Assembly: GCA_945889005.1 (NCBI GenBank)
Contig: CAMDBI010000004.1
Location: forward strand, 66,349 to 130,348
Source: Bacteroides fragilis
GTDB lineage: Bacteria > Bacteroidota > Bacteroidia > Bacteroidales > DTGW01
Length of the DNA: 64,000 nt
Direction: 5' to 3'
A program made the translations under genes and the position numbers. The notes beneath the pieces were generated by a model. The model did no database searches. It worked only from the letters and a program-made list of their open reading frames with translations, and was not told where the DNA came from. Of the stretch, positions 46,601 through 53,588 are shown in pieces (within the stretch, counting starts at the first letter, position 1; every line of letters begins with the position of its first letter).

Positions 46601-47398
46601 AATGCTACTGTAGCAATAGGCGAAACAGTAACGTATTCAACTGCCGATGTTGTAGGTCATACCTACGTTTGGACTGTAAGCAATGGTTCAATTGTCGGAG
46701 TCAATACCAATAGTGCTGTCTCAGTTCAATGGGCAGCATCAGCCGGTTCGGGTTGGGTAAGGGTAAAGGAAACAGTTACAGTTGGAGCTTGTAGTGATTC
46801 AACTTCAAATTATGCCGTTACCATTACCGATATACCTAATCCGGTTGTTAGCGGTACTACTCATGCTTGTGCTAGTCCTTTAACAACATACACATATAGT
46901 ACTCCAAGTGTTGGTACTCATACATATTTATGGACTTTGCCATTAGGTGGAGGAACTATTTCAGGAAGCAGTACAAATAATACTGTAAATGTTATCTGGA
47001 ATACTGTTGGTCCACGTTCGGTAAGCGTTGCTGAAACAGGTTCTTCAACTGTCAATAATACTTTGCCTGTTACAGTCAATGACATACCAGCTATCGGAAA
47101 CACAGTTACAGACCCTACAATTTGTGACGGTCAAACAGCAATTATTGTTGTTCAAGGTGCTGCTGCTGGTATTACATATCAATTGCGACTCAATACCGAC
47201 GATTCTAACCAAGGAGTAGCAGTAAGTAGTGGCTTAGGGGGCGATGTTAACATCTCTATAAGTCCTTTAATAAATACGACTTATAATGTGTATGTAACAA
47301 ATGAGTTTTCTTGTAATGCTGAGCTTACCGATTTGTCGATTGTTACTGTTAATAAAACACCTGTTACAGGACCTATGTATCGTCAACCAAACCAATAA
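37607..47398 (+). CDS. Giant secreted surface protein B (about 3263 aa from the ATG at 37607), a collinear paralogue of protein A. No recognisable T9SS CTD. Ends in the PVTGPMYRQPNQ tail.
   Basis: The listed ORF starts at TTG 37511. ATG 37607 (or 37649, MLPDLQGLKRLLLLLIGVVVFVGGVLGQ) gives a normal signal peptide. Module openers: SGNWNANTTWQ, SGSWHNPTTWT, TGDWDQTSTWS, SGNWFDGTKWS. Motifs shared with A: FYRIEIDKG..TYVLN.DA, APFWNL, (F/V)YP(V/I)G...YTP.T. The exact start is uncertain. Confidence 0.85.
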   Translation: MVKPLLKYTIHSNIMLPDLQGLKRLLLLLIGVVVFVGGVLGQTVGDYQTRASGNWNANTTWQVYTAGSWVNCNSGDYPGVASGAGTVNILNNHTVTITSNVPNSIGALSINGGGSDSYIQFNPGVSLTVTGQTYLNSNSNNDEKSITVDAGIFSTGSISSNSDSNGDTRDAYIRISTGTVTVDGNIDLNSTSLRTYIRFTDNGTLNVGGTITGGGITSTVGGGANAPTSGTVNYNNAAQTVGTYTYNNLTLSGSGLKTTTGVTVNGILSMEGTATASVVPNYGTGATLQYAGSALQTTGVEFPTSPSAIPNLTINNANGVNLNSSKTVSGSLDLKQGSLSIGANTLTLSGTTTRNAPGTGTITGNASGNISIGGTGAFGTLFFTGGSNTINNLTINRTASGTITLGTDLSVAGTLTSTAGTINTAYNININNTDACGAGVVNATAGTITYSGTTQNIISGSYYILTKNNASATASLCSNIRINNILNVGAGIINLGTYNITISEGASITGAFSTSNMLQTSSTGMLIKEGNASTDFTMVYPVGTVSNYTPMTISSLTATVAGTGSVSVRAVAAVAPGPPAANSTDLQKYWSVTSNNLSAINANVNFVYNNPGEVGSGGNQTIYIPYLYSGAAWSMPAGSSAAGVNPFSVTGTSVLTGVWTAREKPNIVTYYSYQSGSWHNPTTWTTDPSGTLSVNSAVPDADDKVVVLNGRLIYTNSNGITIGSTQINDGGSLDLKATINHNLGDVRGKGILRLQSNTFPAGTFTEFESTAGGTVEYYNNADFNITHANYNNVIFNMSASNIVAYILSNITINGNLTITRGTLNINNNSATTRLDVTVTGNVTVATNGNIRTGTGSTGAVSATSAHRFIIKGNFTNNGTAYFTNLTAADYINYQNNRVEVVFNNPYADQNVVINGVTRFYRIEIDKGIDQTYVLNIDATAANLFYLWGVNNRMGVTPSPDAPNIRQDNALGLQAGTVRLGSNITLPSLAEENVSDDDLNYHVDEDACLWIDGATVTHTTSFNGGSSNSFVLYGKLRISNPVSSFNINTLHGIVMRANAAIHIENGSLSVPCIRTSTVSGAHRGSFNMSGGTLTITGNLSGSDSHASFSFTYPQMSFRMSGGSMVINQAGDGGNGLEKSLVIGSLAENNEVTGGTIRIIAANRNANFTSTAPFWNLQVDAANTTYTSQIVDFNGSSSASSVLAQPLIVKNDFTLQNFAVFNSGNQNVSIGHDFTMSASSEYNCGTNTTTFNGTGGQRFTNAGSIQTGTGLNNLAFSNSSNTDIISANIVVRGNLTIDNNCYVNDVGRTISVTGNITNLGIHTSQAGGGIELNATTDQTIGGNGNGSFGTLVISKSSGTCSFLANQSISGNLRLATGILDIGIHKLTLAATSNIYDALSPATTAIFSATKMIRTAGNFSDGGINKSYNATGSFVYPVGTATDYTPATITFNTAPVTWGSVTIKPVTRDVPFVTSTTTSLNYYWDVSSNGITGIAANGVSHSYKFVDADVREAVAGDINSYVPGAYRPNSWSFIPDPAEVTPAPGNLIRFNNINYIDGSFTAGRTDAFQSTVVYYSRQTGDWDQTSTWSTDSVGGPIAGTLPQSNTPVVIGKAAMSHTITMPVGFNNVTIGSLQINENSILDIASTTGHNFGAVPYGQVIGTGTLRISSVASSVVFPDGDFGKFLNTGGGTVEYYTNGTNFTLPDSNFYYNNLILNPANGQTITMPNTDLRIFRTLTKTGAGTCNLNSVAVRALQIDTNLLVTTGTLMFMNNTFAQTINVNGNIEVSNGAVFDVNNITNATNIINLSGNLVNNGTFRMYNGNSARVCNVNFIGNVDKQISGSGATTQFNILTVNKGESRNTILDVTASNLALNTTLATALILNNGTFRLSSPTVSLTLANSGSFRVPNTGCLSANGGTINIGGAAATNATDLYLDGRLEVYAGTVNIGTLGNNLNNDIEYSSAGSPELVVSGTGILFVNGQIRRPLTITTGSLRYTQGGSSVVTVDGRNFANTRAMLEILNSGSSFTMSGGTLNISRNFNNTLYPELYLSPETYSVSGGTVRIGSSNAGNNTQFNILSSAPLYNFTVDATTTNKNVNLKIYPLTVLNNFIIEGNSVFKANGLDVNIAGSLTNNNTDNSTGINNGGYQSGSLSQNTTFNGSVAQSISGVTNNVTNFANLINASTGSVSLNTNTALRVNNNLTLNSGSLSDGGNNITVVGDIVNRATHSSLSSSGGIVMAGAIRQSISGSGHGTFGNLELNNILNVDLKDNMSIDGVLRFTAGSLYIDDYRLTLGVNSSIAGTTDDTKMIIVNGVISDAGVRKVFPLNNSFFIYPIGVAGKYTPVTYRFLSNTNNNAYIDVRPVNLANPANNNAVGDELNYYWYVTSSGFAGAYSLNHTYKYLNADVSGTESEYLAGRYVSGAWAPVGGISGAVDATADSIHLASVNYIDGEYTAGATGNFYVKPTLYSMVASGNWFDGTKWSTTGHTGPTCNCVPDGNPVIIQAGHSVTLNNNSASAYSVELNGLLNIGQTVFHSLGHVTGGGKMDLTSTAEGVYVFPGGEFFGFMANSTSTLEFSGNNAASLPLKPGNYYKPYQNVILSGTGSKQISAENLKILGDLTINDGTTLDNSLFNKDISISGDWNDLNSGVSGGFISGTGSVSFDGSDNQLINISNPTTEEKFYNLQINNTGSTGVTISGGGDIGVAGILYLTDGNLITTTNNILNISSTGNNTIVGGGNSSFVDGPMQKNMIAGSSFNFPIGDGLVYGNAVISNVSVSGYYLFEYINHNPGNDTYNPSTKTAPIDVVSNVEYWHLLGPGSAAGDVTLRWNSASGIIPSNVAGRTKLRVVEWNSSWENRGATINDGGTSSGTIRTNISPIPTLAGDHYFTIGLESLPTATITSGNASICDDGSSTNISIALTGTAPWTIKYRINGANETTSPPIGSSPYLLAISNAIPALSTGGPGSYIFNVSYVSDATGSSGIQNFVTTATITLNESPNPVIAGNATVAIGETVTYSTADVVGHTYVWTVSNGSIVGVNTNSAVSVQWAASAGSGWVRVKETVTVGACSDSTSNYAVTITDIPNPVVSGTTHACASPLTTYTYSTPSVGTHTYLWTLPLGGGTISGSSTNNTVNVIWNTVGPRSVSVAETGSSTVNNTLPVTVNDIPAIGNTVTDPTICDGQTAIIVVQGAAAGITYQLRLNTDDSNQGVAVSSGLGGDVNISISPLINTTYNVYVTNEFSCNAELTDLSIVTVNKTPVTGPMYRQPNQ

Positions 47399-47642
47399 TT
47401 GAATGTTAATAAATACTTTTGCTTAAATGATAAATATCGAAGTACAATTGTGTATGTGTAAAGTAAATAAAATTAAATTTACCGAGAAAAATTCAATAAA
47501 ATGAAATATATTTAATAGTACAATTTGACCAATGGTCAATTTCTGTTGATGGATGATTATTTTTTATTCAAATAAAATGTAACATTTGTCAATAATAATA
47601 GTAAAATATGAAGATAAAAATATAGTTATCTAACTTAATTAA

Positions 47643-48464
47643 ATGAAAAAACAATCTAAATTATTGAATATGAAAAAGTTTAGCAAATTATTAACAATCG
47701 TTGCCCTCGTGGCAATGGGAATGACCCAGGCTTGGGGTCAAGAAGTGGCAATGCCTGCAAATTTTCAACAGCATGGTAATACAAGTGCTGGAATTCCATC
47801 AGTTCCTGCTTCTCTCGAACTTACCGACTCTGTTACAATTAACTCTTCGCTTCAATATTGGGTACAACCTGATGCTGCAGTTCTTACCGATCCAAGTACT
47901 TTTACTTGGGGTACCACAATTGCTTTAGCATCTCAAACTGCAGGGGGTACATCAAACTTAGCAACTTTCAATTTTACAGCAGAAGGTACAGGTAATATTA
48001 CAGTTCGAGAAGATTCACCTGCTCCTAATTCTTGCACAGGCTCTACTACTACTATTCCTGTAAGAGTTATTGCTGCTCCAGATGTTACAGCCGCGACATT
48101 TTCATCCTTAGCATGTCCAGCAGGAACTGATGGTACATACACATTAGCCGGACCAACAGCAACCTTAACAATTGCATGCTCTGTTTTAGGTAATAAAGGT
48201 GTTTCTTTGCACTATTCACTTTCTGGTCCTACAGGGTTTACAACTGTTGGTTCAACATTAGCAACTTTAGGTAATGGTAATACGATTGATTTGTCAGGCA
48301 TAAACTTAACACATTCAGGTACATATACATTAACAATTATTGATATTACTGACCGTATTGCCACAAAATCGGGATTACTAACAATAGCTGATGGTACAAC
48401 TGCAACATTTGTTGTAAACAGAGTTCCTGTTACTGGTCCAGTATATCACTTACCAAATAATTAA
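47643..48464 (+). CDS. Small secreted paralogue 1 (273 aa), ending in PVTGPVYHLPNN
   Basis: Signal peptide LLTIVALVAMGMTQAWGQ. Motifs LQYWVQPDA, STFTWGT, ITVREDSPAPNSCTGSTTTIPVRVIAAP, TYTLTIIDITDRIATKS. The tail matches both giants. Confidence 0.8.
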   Translation: MKKQSKLLNMKKFSKLLTIVALVAMGMTQAWGQEVAMPANFQQHGNTSAGIPSVPASLELTDSVTINSSLQYWVQPDAAVLTDPSTFTWGTTIALASQTAGGTSNLATFNFTAEGTGNITVREDSPAPNSCTGSTTTIPVRVIAAPDVTAATFSSLACPAGTDGTYTLAGPTATLTIACSVLGNKGVSLHYSLSGPTGFTTVGSTLATLGNGNTIDLSGINLTHSGTYTLTIIDITDRIATKSGLLTIADGTTATFVVNRVPVTGPVYHLPNN

Positions 48465-48516
48465 GAATAAAATTACTATAAATGTCATTTAGTATAAACA
48501 ATTAAATTATAATGTC

Positions 48517-49398
48517 ATGAAAACAATTAAAAGAATTTTAATCGTAGCTGCTATCGCAGCTTTAACTGGCAATTTGTTTGCTCAGAATTCTGTTGCAGCC
48601 TTGCCTGCTTTGCCAGCAATTCCTGCAGATCTAACATCAACCGCAGGTGATATTGTAACTCAAAACTCTGTTATGTACTATTTAGTTACACCAGACCCAA
48701 TTATTGATGCCTCTCCATTTTACAATAATTCTGTTTTTAACTGGACTGTTACACAAGGTACTATACTTGGAACAACTGCTGCTGCTGCTCCTCTTGCAGC
48801 GTATAAAAATGAAAATCAAATTAGTATCGATTATGATGCTGTTGCTGTAGGTTCTTATGCTAATAACATTAGTGTTATCGAAAGGTCTGTGCCTACTTTT
48901 AGTGCAGGTGCAGGCTGTGATGGTAGTACCGAATATCGTAATGTGCAAGTTGTCGCAAGACCTTTATCTCCTTCTATAGCAGTTGCTGATGAAAATCAAG
49001 GTGATTGTGGTTCTTCAGGTTCATTTACGATTCCTTATGGTTTGCCTGCCGAAGTTTCTGGAAATTATCCTTTGTACGTTGAATTTATTATTTCCGCATT
49101 TGATGTTGATAATAACGCAATAGGTACTCCTCAGACACGAATTTATTCATTAGCTACACCTACTACTGCTTTCACTTTGCTTGATGCAGATTTAGATTTA
49201 GCCGATCCTGCCGATGCAAATGCTACTCCTGATGGTGTAAAGTATACAATTGATTTAACAAATGTATGGGATCAATATTCGGTTCGCGCTTCTAACCGAA
49301 CAGATGCCGATGTTGTTACTTTAGCTAGTGCAAATGATGTAAATATCTACATTCTACCTACTCCTACAACAGGTACTATCAATCATGTTGCTCCTTAA
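48517..49398 (+). CDS. Small secreted paralogue 2 (293 aa), with degenerate tail PTPTTGTINHVAP
   Basis: Signal peptide AALTGNLFAQ. Motifs MYYLVTPDP, SVFNWTV, ISVIERSVPTFSAGAGCDGS..VQVVARP, KYTIDLTNVWDQYSVRAS. Confidence 0.75.
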   Translation: MKTIKRILIVAAIAALTGNLFAQNSVAALPALPAIPADLTSTAGDIVTQNSVMYYLVTPDPIIDASPFYNNSVFNWTVTQGTILGTTAAAAPLAAYKNENQISIDYDAVAVGSYANNISVIERSVPTFSAGAGCDGSTEYRNVQVVARPLSPSIAVADENQGDCGSSGSFTIPYGLPAEVSGNYPLYVEFIISAFDVDNNAIGTPQTRIYSLATPTTAFTLLDADLDLADPADANATPDGVKYTIDLTNVWDQYSVRASNRTDADVVTLASANDVNIYILPTPTTGTINHVAP

Positions 49399-49447
49399 TA
49401 CATGAAAATTATTGTTAATTAGAAAATAATTAATTGATTTATACTAA

Positions 49448-50257
49448 ATGACATTATTCCGTAACATATTGCTCCTTTTCTGTGTAATGGCTCTGCTTAG
49501 CAGCAGGGTACATGCACAGGTTTGGGTGCTTTCAACAAAACTGGGTCATGAGATTGACTCGGTAACTGTGGGAAGTCGTGCGGGGTATGCCATTACGTAT
49601 GATCCAGTTTTAAGAAAAATAGCTTTTCTCAATCCATCTGTATTCGATTGGAAGTTTAAAAATATAACTAATATTTTGCCTCTTACTGGCAGTACAAGTC
49701 CTCTTTCTGCTGTCGATGCTTTTGGTTTTTATACCGATACGGCTATAAGTGTTATCATGCCTTCGATTGTTGGTGTAGAAACTCTTACTGTTCACGAGAA
49801 AAGCATGCCCAAGATAGGGACAGGTTGCTCAGACCCAAATGGTCAAAAATTACCAATACGAATACTACCTCGCCCCAAGATTGAACTTGTCAATACTACT
49901 AATATCCCAAGTTCAACAGGCTCAATAGATATACCCGTTAAACTCAATGGCTATGGGCCATGGTTGGTTACTGTTGAAATAAAATATAACGACAATACTA
50001 CACAAACAATTGAAGTTGAAGTTGGAAAATACGGAGATAATCCCGGAGCTTCAACGCCATTGGAGCTTATAATGAAGGTTTTACCTTCGCAACCCGACAA
50101 TATAAATACTATTACAATTTTAAATGTTGGTGATCGCATTAGTGCAAAATCGCTCGATCAGGATCTGGTCAAATCGCAAGCCAATGAATTGCCAACAAAT
50201 AGGTTCTTTGTTAAAAAAGCACCAAAACCCAAAACTTATCACATTAAAAACAAGTAA
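49448..50257 (+). CDS. Small secreted paralogue 3 (269 aa), with degenerate tail FFVKKAPKPKTYHIKNK
   Basis: Signal peptide MALLSSRVHAQ. Motifs GYAITYDP, SVFDWKF, LTVHEKSMPKIGTGCSDPNGQKLPIRILPRP, GYGPWLVTVEI, ITILNVGDRISAKS. Confidence 0.75.
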   Translation: MTLFRNILLLFCVMALLSSRVHAQVWVLSTKLGHEIDSVTVGSRAGYAITYDPVLRKIAFLNPSVFDWKFKNITNILPLTGSTSPLSAVDAFGFYTDTAISVIMPSIVGVETLTVHEKSMPKIGTGCSDPNGQKLPIRILPRPKIELVNTTNIPSSTGSIDIPVKLNGYGPWLVTVEIKYNDNTTQTIEVEVGKYGDNPGASTPLELIMKVLPSQPDNINTITILNVGDRISAKSLDQDLVKSQANELPTNRFFVKKAPKPKTYHIKNK

Positions 50258-50277
50258 AAACAAAAGATTCATAAAAA

Positions 50278-51276
50278 ATGATCTTTAAAAAGAACATATT
50301 ACTTTTTTTAATAACAATTGTGGCTGTTACGAATCTGTATGCCCAGAAATGGGACAATTACCAAAAGATCGATAGTCTGCCCAATGGCATTGTTTTTACG
50401 GGCGATACCAATAATTTTGCCGACTACCAAACTATAGGCTCTGTTGCACTTTACTATGCTATGCCCGACCAATCAATTAAAAACGATATTGGAAAAGATT
50501 TGCGAAACTCACTCTTTCAATGGGCAATATTAAAGGACACTACAAGCAATCAAAACCTTTCGAAAAAAGGAATACATAAAAAATACAATGAAGATGCGGG
50601 TTTAGTTCCGTTGACCAAAGATAGTGCCTTTTATACAAAGGGCTTAAAATATTATACCGACAATTTAGTGGCTGTAAACTGGATCGATACTGGTTTGAAT
50701 TATGTAGGCGTTGCCGAACAGTATTTGCCATACTATGGCAATGTAGTTGAACCTACGATCGATCAGTATACTTTTACAAATGTATATGTATTGCCGGTTC
50801 CAAGTTATTCGTTTCCAGATACCAATTCGGTTACGATCTGTAATCCCGAGTCGGACTCAATGTCATTTAAGTTTCCCTTAAACTTATGGGGAATTGGCGA
50901 TTTCAATGTAAAGATTAAAGTCGATTTTTATAGACAGAAACTAACAGGAGGAGTTGTAACAGATACAATTTCTTTCGATCGGTTTGTAATTTCAAAAATA
51001 GAATTTAATGATCATCTTTGGGATTATCAAAAAGCCTTGAATCAATATGATATTATGCAGCGAAAAGAAGTTGAAATAATGTTATATAAAAAATTTGGTT
51101 GGGGGCGCTACGAAATTAGTATAACAAATGTGAGCGACCAAGTTTCGAGAAAATCGTTGGTCGATATTAATAGCAAGAGACATTCGTTTGATGCAATGGG
51201 AAAGTATTATATATATGTAATGCCAACCACAGCTGAACCAAAAATTATACATTTGCGAGATTTAAATAAAAAATAA
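50278..51276 (+). CDS. Small secreted paralogue 4 (332 aa), with degenerate tail YIYVMPTTAEPKIIHLRDLNKK
   Basis: Signal peptide VAVTNLYAQ. Motifs LYYAMPDQ, SLFQWAI, VGVAEQYLP...VYVLPVP, YEISITNVSDQVSRKS. Confidence 0.7.
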   Translation: MIFKKNILLFLITIVAVTNLYAQKWDNYQKIDSLPNGIVFTGDTNNFADYQTIGSVALYYAMPDQSIKNDIGKDLRNSLFQWAILKDTTSNQNLSKKGIHKKYNEDAGLVPLTKDSAFYTKGLKYYTDNLVAVNWIDTGLNYVGVAEQYLPYYGNVVEPTIDQYTFTNVYVLPVPSYSFPDTNSVTICNPESDSMSFKFPLNLWGIGDFNVKIKVDFYRQKLTGGVVTDTISFDRFVISKIEFNDHLWDYQKALNQYDIMQRKEVEIMLYKKFGWGRYEISITNVSDQVSRKSLVDINSKRHSFDAMGKYYIYVMPTTAEPKIIHLRDLNKK

Positions 51277-51312
51277 ATCGAATATTTTACATAGAAAATA
51301 AATATTAGAATC

Positions 51313-52374
51313 GTGAGATTGAGTTTATTCATATTGAAATTAGTACTTATAGTTGTTATGACAGCTAATAGTGTATTTGTTTTTTCGATCAAATACAGGG
51401 TTTGTCATGGCTCACTCGAACGCTATTCGTCAGTAGGTTTACAAGGCTCAACTTATTCTTGGAAAATTGAGAATCTTAAAGGCGAGTCATTTACTTCGGC
51501 TATTAAGGTTTATTACCGAAATGGCGATTCGATCGATATTCGATGGAATGTTCCGATCGATACATTTGTGTTGAAAGTTCAAGAAATTACCCAATATAAT
51601 TGTAATAGTGTATATGTTGGCGATACTATAGTAATTGCAGGCGACTATTTTGATTTTCCGAAAGACAGTATTTATATTTGTGAAAATTCAACAGGCACTA
51701 TTACGGCACCAGGCAACTTTAATGAATACATTTGGAGCACTACCGAAATTAGCAAGTCTATTCAAGTGTCTAAGGCTCAAAAATATACAGTTCAAGCCAA
51801 TTCGAGCGATGGTTGTTTACTTAAAGATAGTATTTGGGTAAAAGTTAGGAAAAATCCAATACTAGATATTGGCCCTAAAAAGCTAAGATTGTGTGGTGAA
51901 TATAATAATAGAATAATACTGTCAGTACCCGAAAAGTTTAATAATATTACTTGGAGTACAGGCGATACAACCAGAACATTGGCGATAAATTTAAACTTTG
52001 AGCCATTTAAAAATATAACTGTAAAGGCATCTGACACATCGGGTTGCTTCGGAAGCGATACCATTCAATTGAATAAATGTGATCCAAATTTATTTGCCGA
52101 GAAAATACCTACTGCATTTACACCCAATGGCGATGGTCAAAACGATGTGTGGGATATTCCAAATATTGTCGATTTCGATATAAACAACAAGTGTATAGTT
52201 GAGATTTATGATAGATGGGGGCGTATGGTGTTTAAATCGGATAGAGGTTACCCAAAACCATGGACAGGTCGAACAGCAGATGGTAGAAAACTTCCCGTTG
52301 ATGCTTATTACTTTATAATCGACTTTAAAGATGGTAGCGATCCTTTGACCGGTTCAGTTACATTGCTAAGGTAG
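51313..52374 (+). CDS. T9SS type B sorting-domain (gliding-motility-associated C-terminal domain) protein, 353 aa, GTG start
   Basis: C-terminal AFTPNGDGQNDVWDIPNI...VEIYDRWGRMVFKS...PWTGRTADGRKLPVDAYYFIIDF...GSVTLLR. The N-terminal half carries three Cys-bracketed Y-x-W Ig-like modules. Confidence 0.9.
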   Translation: MRLSLFILKLVLIVVMTANSVFVFSIKYRVCHGSLERYSSVGLQGSTYSWKIENLKGESFTSAIKVYYRNGDSIDIRWNVPIDTFVLKVQEITQYNCNSVYVGDTIVIAGDYFDFPKDSIYICENSTGTITAPGNFNEYIWSTTEISKSIQVSKAQKYTVQANSSDGCLLKDSIWVKVRKNPILDIGPKKLRLCGEYNNRIILSVPEKFNNITWSTGDTTRTLAINLNFEPFKNITVKASDTSGCFGSDTIQLNKCDPNLFAEKIPTAFTPNGDGQNDVWDIPNIVDFDINNKCIVEIYDRWGRMVFKSDRGYPKPWTGRTADGRKLPVDAYYFIIDFKDGSDPLTGSVTLLR

Positions 52375-52497
52375 TATTTTTGTTTGTCTTGATATTTAGT
52401 CGATTAATCAAAATTGTCGGATAGTTGATGTAAATCACCATTGTTTTTAGAACAAAGTTATATACCTTGCGTAGAATTTAGCAAGAATGCAAATATC

Positions 52498-53490
52498 ATG
52501 AAAAGGAAAATTACATATCTGTTTTTGTTAGCCATGATTTCGACAGTAGTTTCTGCTTCGGGGCCGATGTACAGTCAGTATATGTTCAATCGTTTTTTGA
52601 TTAACCCAGCCGATGCAGGAAGCGAAGGTTATACATCTATCAATGTTACTGCTCGCGAACAGTGGATTGGAATTCCCAATTCTCCCAAGACGCATCTAAT
52701 AAGCTTTCAAACCCGATTGCTACGCAATAGTTTTGTTTCAAAATCTTCGTCGTTGCGAAAGAAATTTGCACGTCGCTCAAGAAACGGAAAAGTTGGGGTC
52801 GGAGCATTTTTGTATAACGATATGAATGGGCCTGTTAGTCGAAATGGTTTACAGTTGACATATGCATACCATATAACAATGGCTCAGAATCTATTGTCGT
52901 TTGGTTTAACTACCAAAGGTTATCAATATTCGATAGATCGTTCGAAATTGAAAACAGCACAAGCGAATGATGATTTTATAAATACAACAGATTTTTCGAA
53001 CTTTGTACCCGATGCAAATTTTGGTGCACAATATATCAATCCTTTTTACCATGTTGGTTTTTCAATTAACGATTTGTTTCAGTCGAGTTTTAAATTTGGA
53101 GAAGGAACTATGCCCGACGCACAAACACGTCGTTTATATAACTTAACAGGTAGTTATAAATTTGAAATCAATAGATTTTATATGTTAGAACCCGATGCTT
53201 TGATTAAACTATCAGAAAATGGTGCTTTTCAGCTCGATTTAAGTGGGAAAGTATATTATAAAGAAGATTATTGGGGTGGTATGTCGTACAGAACCGGTAC
53301 ATTTAGTAATTCAGAAGCTGGTGCTTTGATTATTTTTGGTGGTGTACGTGTCGATAAGTTTTATTTTGGCTATGCTTTTGACTATACGCTAAGCAATATA
53401 ATGACTCATACATTAGGTTCGCACGAGTTTATGTTGTCTGTTAAATTTGGCGACAATGCCCGCCGTTATCGCTGGTTAAATCGTTATTAG
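52498..53490 (+). CDS. PorP/SprF-family type IX secretion system membrane protein. Start moved to ATG 52498; the listed TTG 52441 adds a non-signal extension.
   Basis: MKRKITYLFLLAMISTVVSAS signal, then SQYMFNRFLINPADAGSEG, the family-typical opening. Sits immediately downstream of a type B CTD gene, as for sprB-sprF. Confidence 0.88.
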   Translation: MKRKITYLFLLAMISTVVSASGPMYSQYMFNRFLINPADAGSEGYTSINVTAREQWIGIPNSPKTHLISFQTRLLRNSFVSKSSSLRKKFARRSRNGKVGVGAFLYNDMNGPVSRNGLQLTYAYHITMAQNLLSFGLTTKGYQYSIDRSKLKTAQANDDFINTTDFSNFVPDANFGAQYINPFYHVGFSINDLFQSSFKFGEGTMPDAQTRRLYNLTGSYKFEINRFYMLEPDALIKLSENGAFQLDLSGKVYYKEDYWGGMSYRTGTFSNSEAGALIIFGGVRVDKFYFGYAFDYTLSNIMTHTLGSHEFMLSVKFGDNARRYRWLNRY

Positions 53491-53530
53491 AATTTGGAGC
53501 TTTTTTTATAAACTAAATAACTATAATTTA

Positions 53531-53563
53531 AAAAGCCTTGCAATTTTTTTTGCAAGGCTTTTT
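53531..53563. terminator. Bidirectional rho-independent terminator closing the surface-protein cluster
   Basis: 12-bp stem AAAAGCCTTGCA / TGCAAGGCTTTT with a T-rich loop. A/T runs on both sides. Confidence 0.8.
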
Positions 53564-53588
53564 AATGAAATATTATGGTTTGTTAAAA

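Noticed and set aside
47330-47345. Apparent extra T (possible +1 frameshift) when I hand-translated the T-rich stretch just before the tail of giant B
   Set aside because: The ORF track reads straight through to PVTGPMYRQPNQ. Flanking coordinates (47219 and 47643) are consistent, so I attribute this to my own miscount of a T-run. Worth a 10-second check on the real sequence, but not reported as a finding.
26517-47398. Giants as polymorphic toxins (Rhs/YD, CDI-like) or as ordinary T9SS CTD cargo
   Set aside because: I saw no YD/Rhs repeats, no variable C-terminal toxin plus immunity gene arrangement, and no 70-100-aa CTD motif set. The C-termini are Ig-like repeats plus the short shared tail. 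HMM confirmation is still needed.
52441-52497. TTG start for the PorP/SprF gene
   Set aside because: ATG 52498 gives MKRKITYLFLLAMISTVVSAS, a typical signal peptide. The 19-aa extension has no support.
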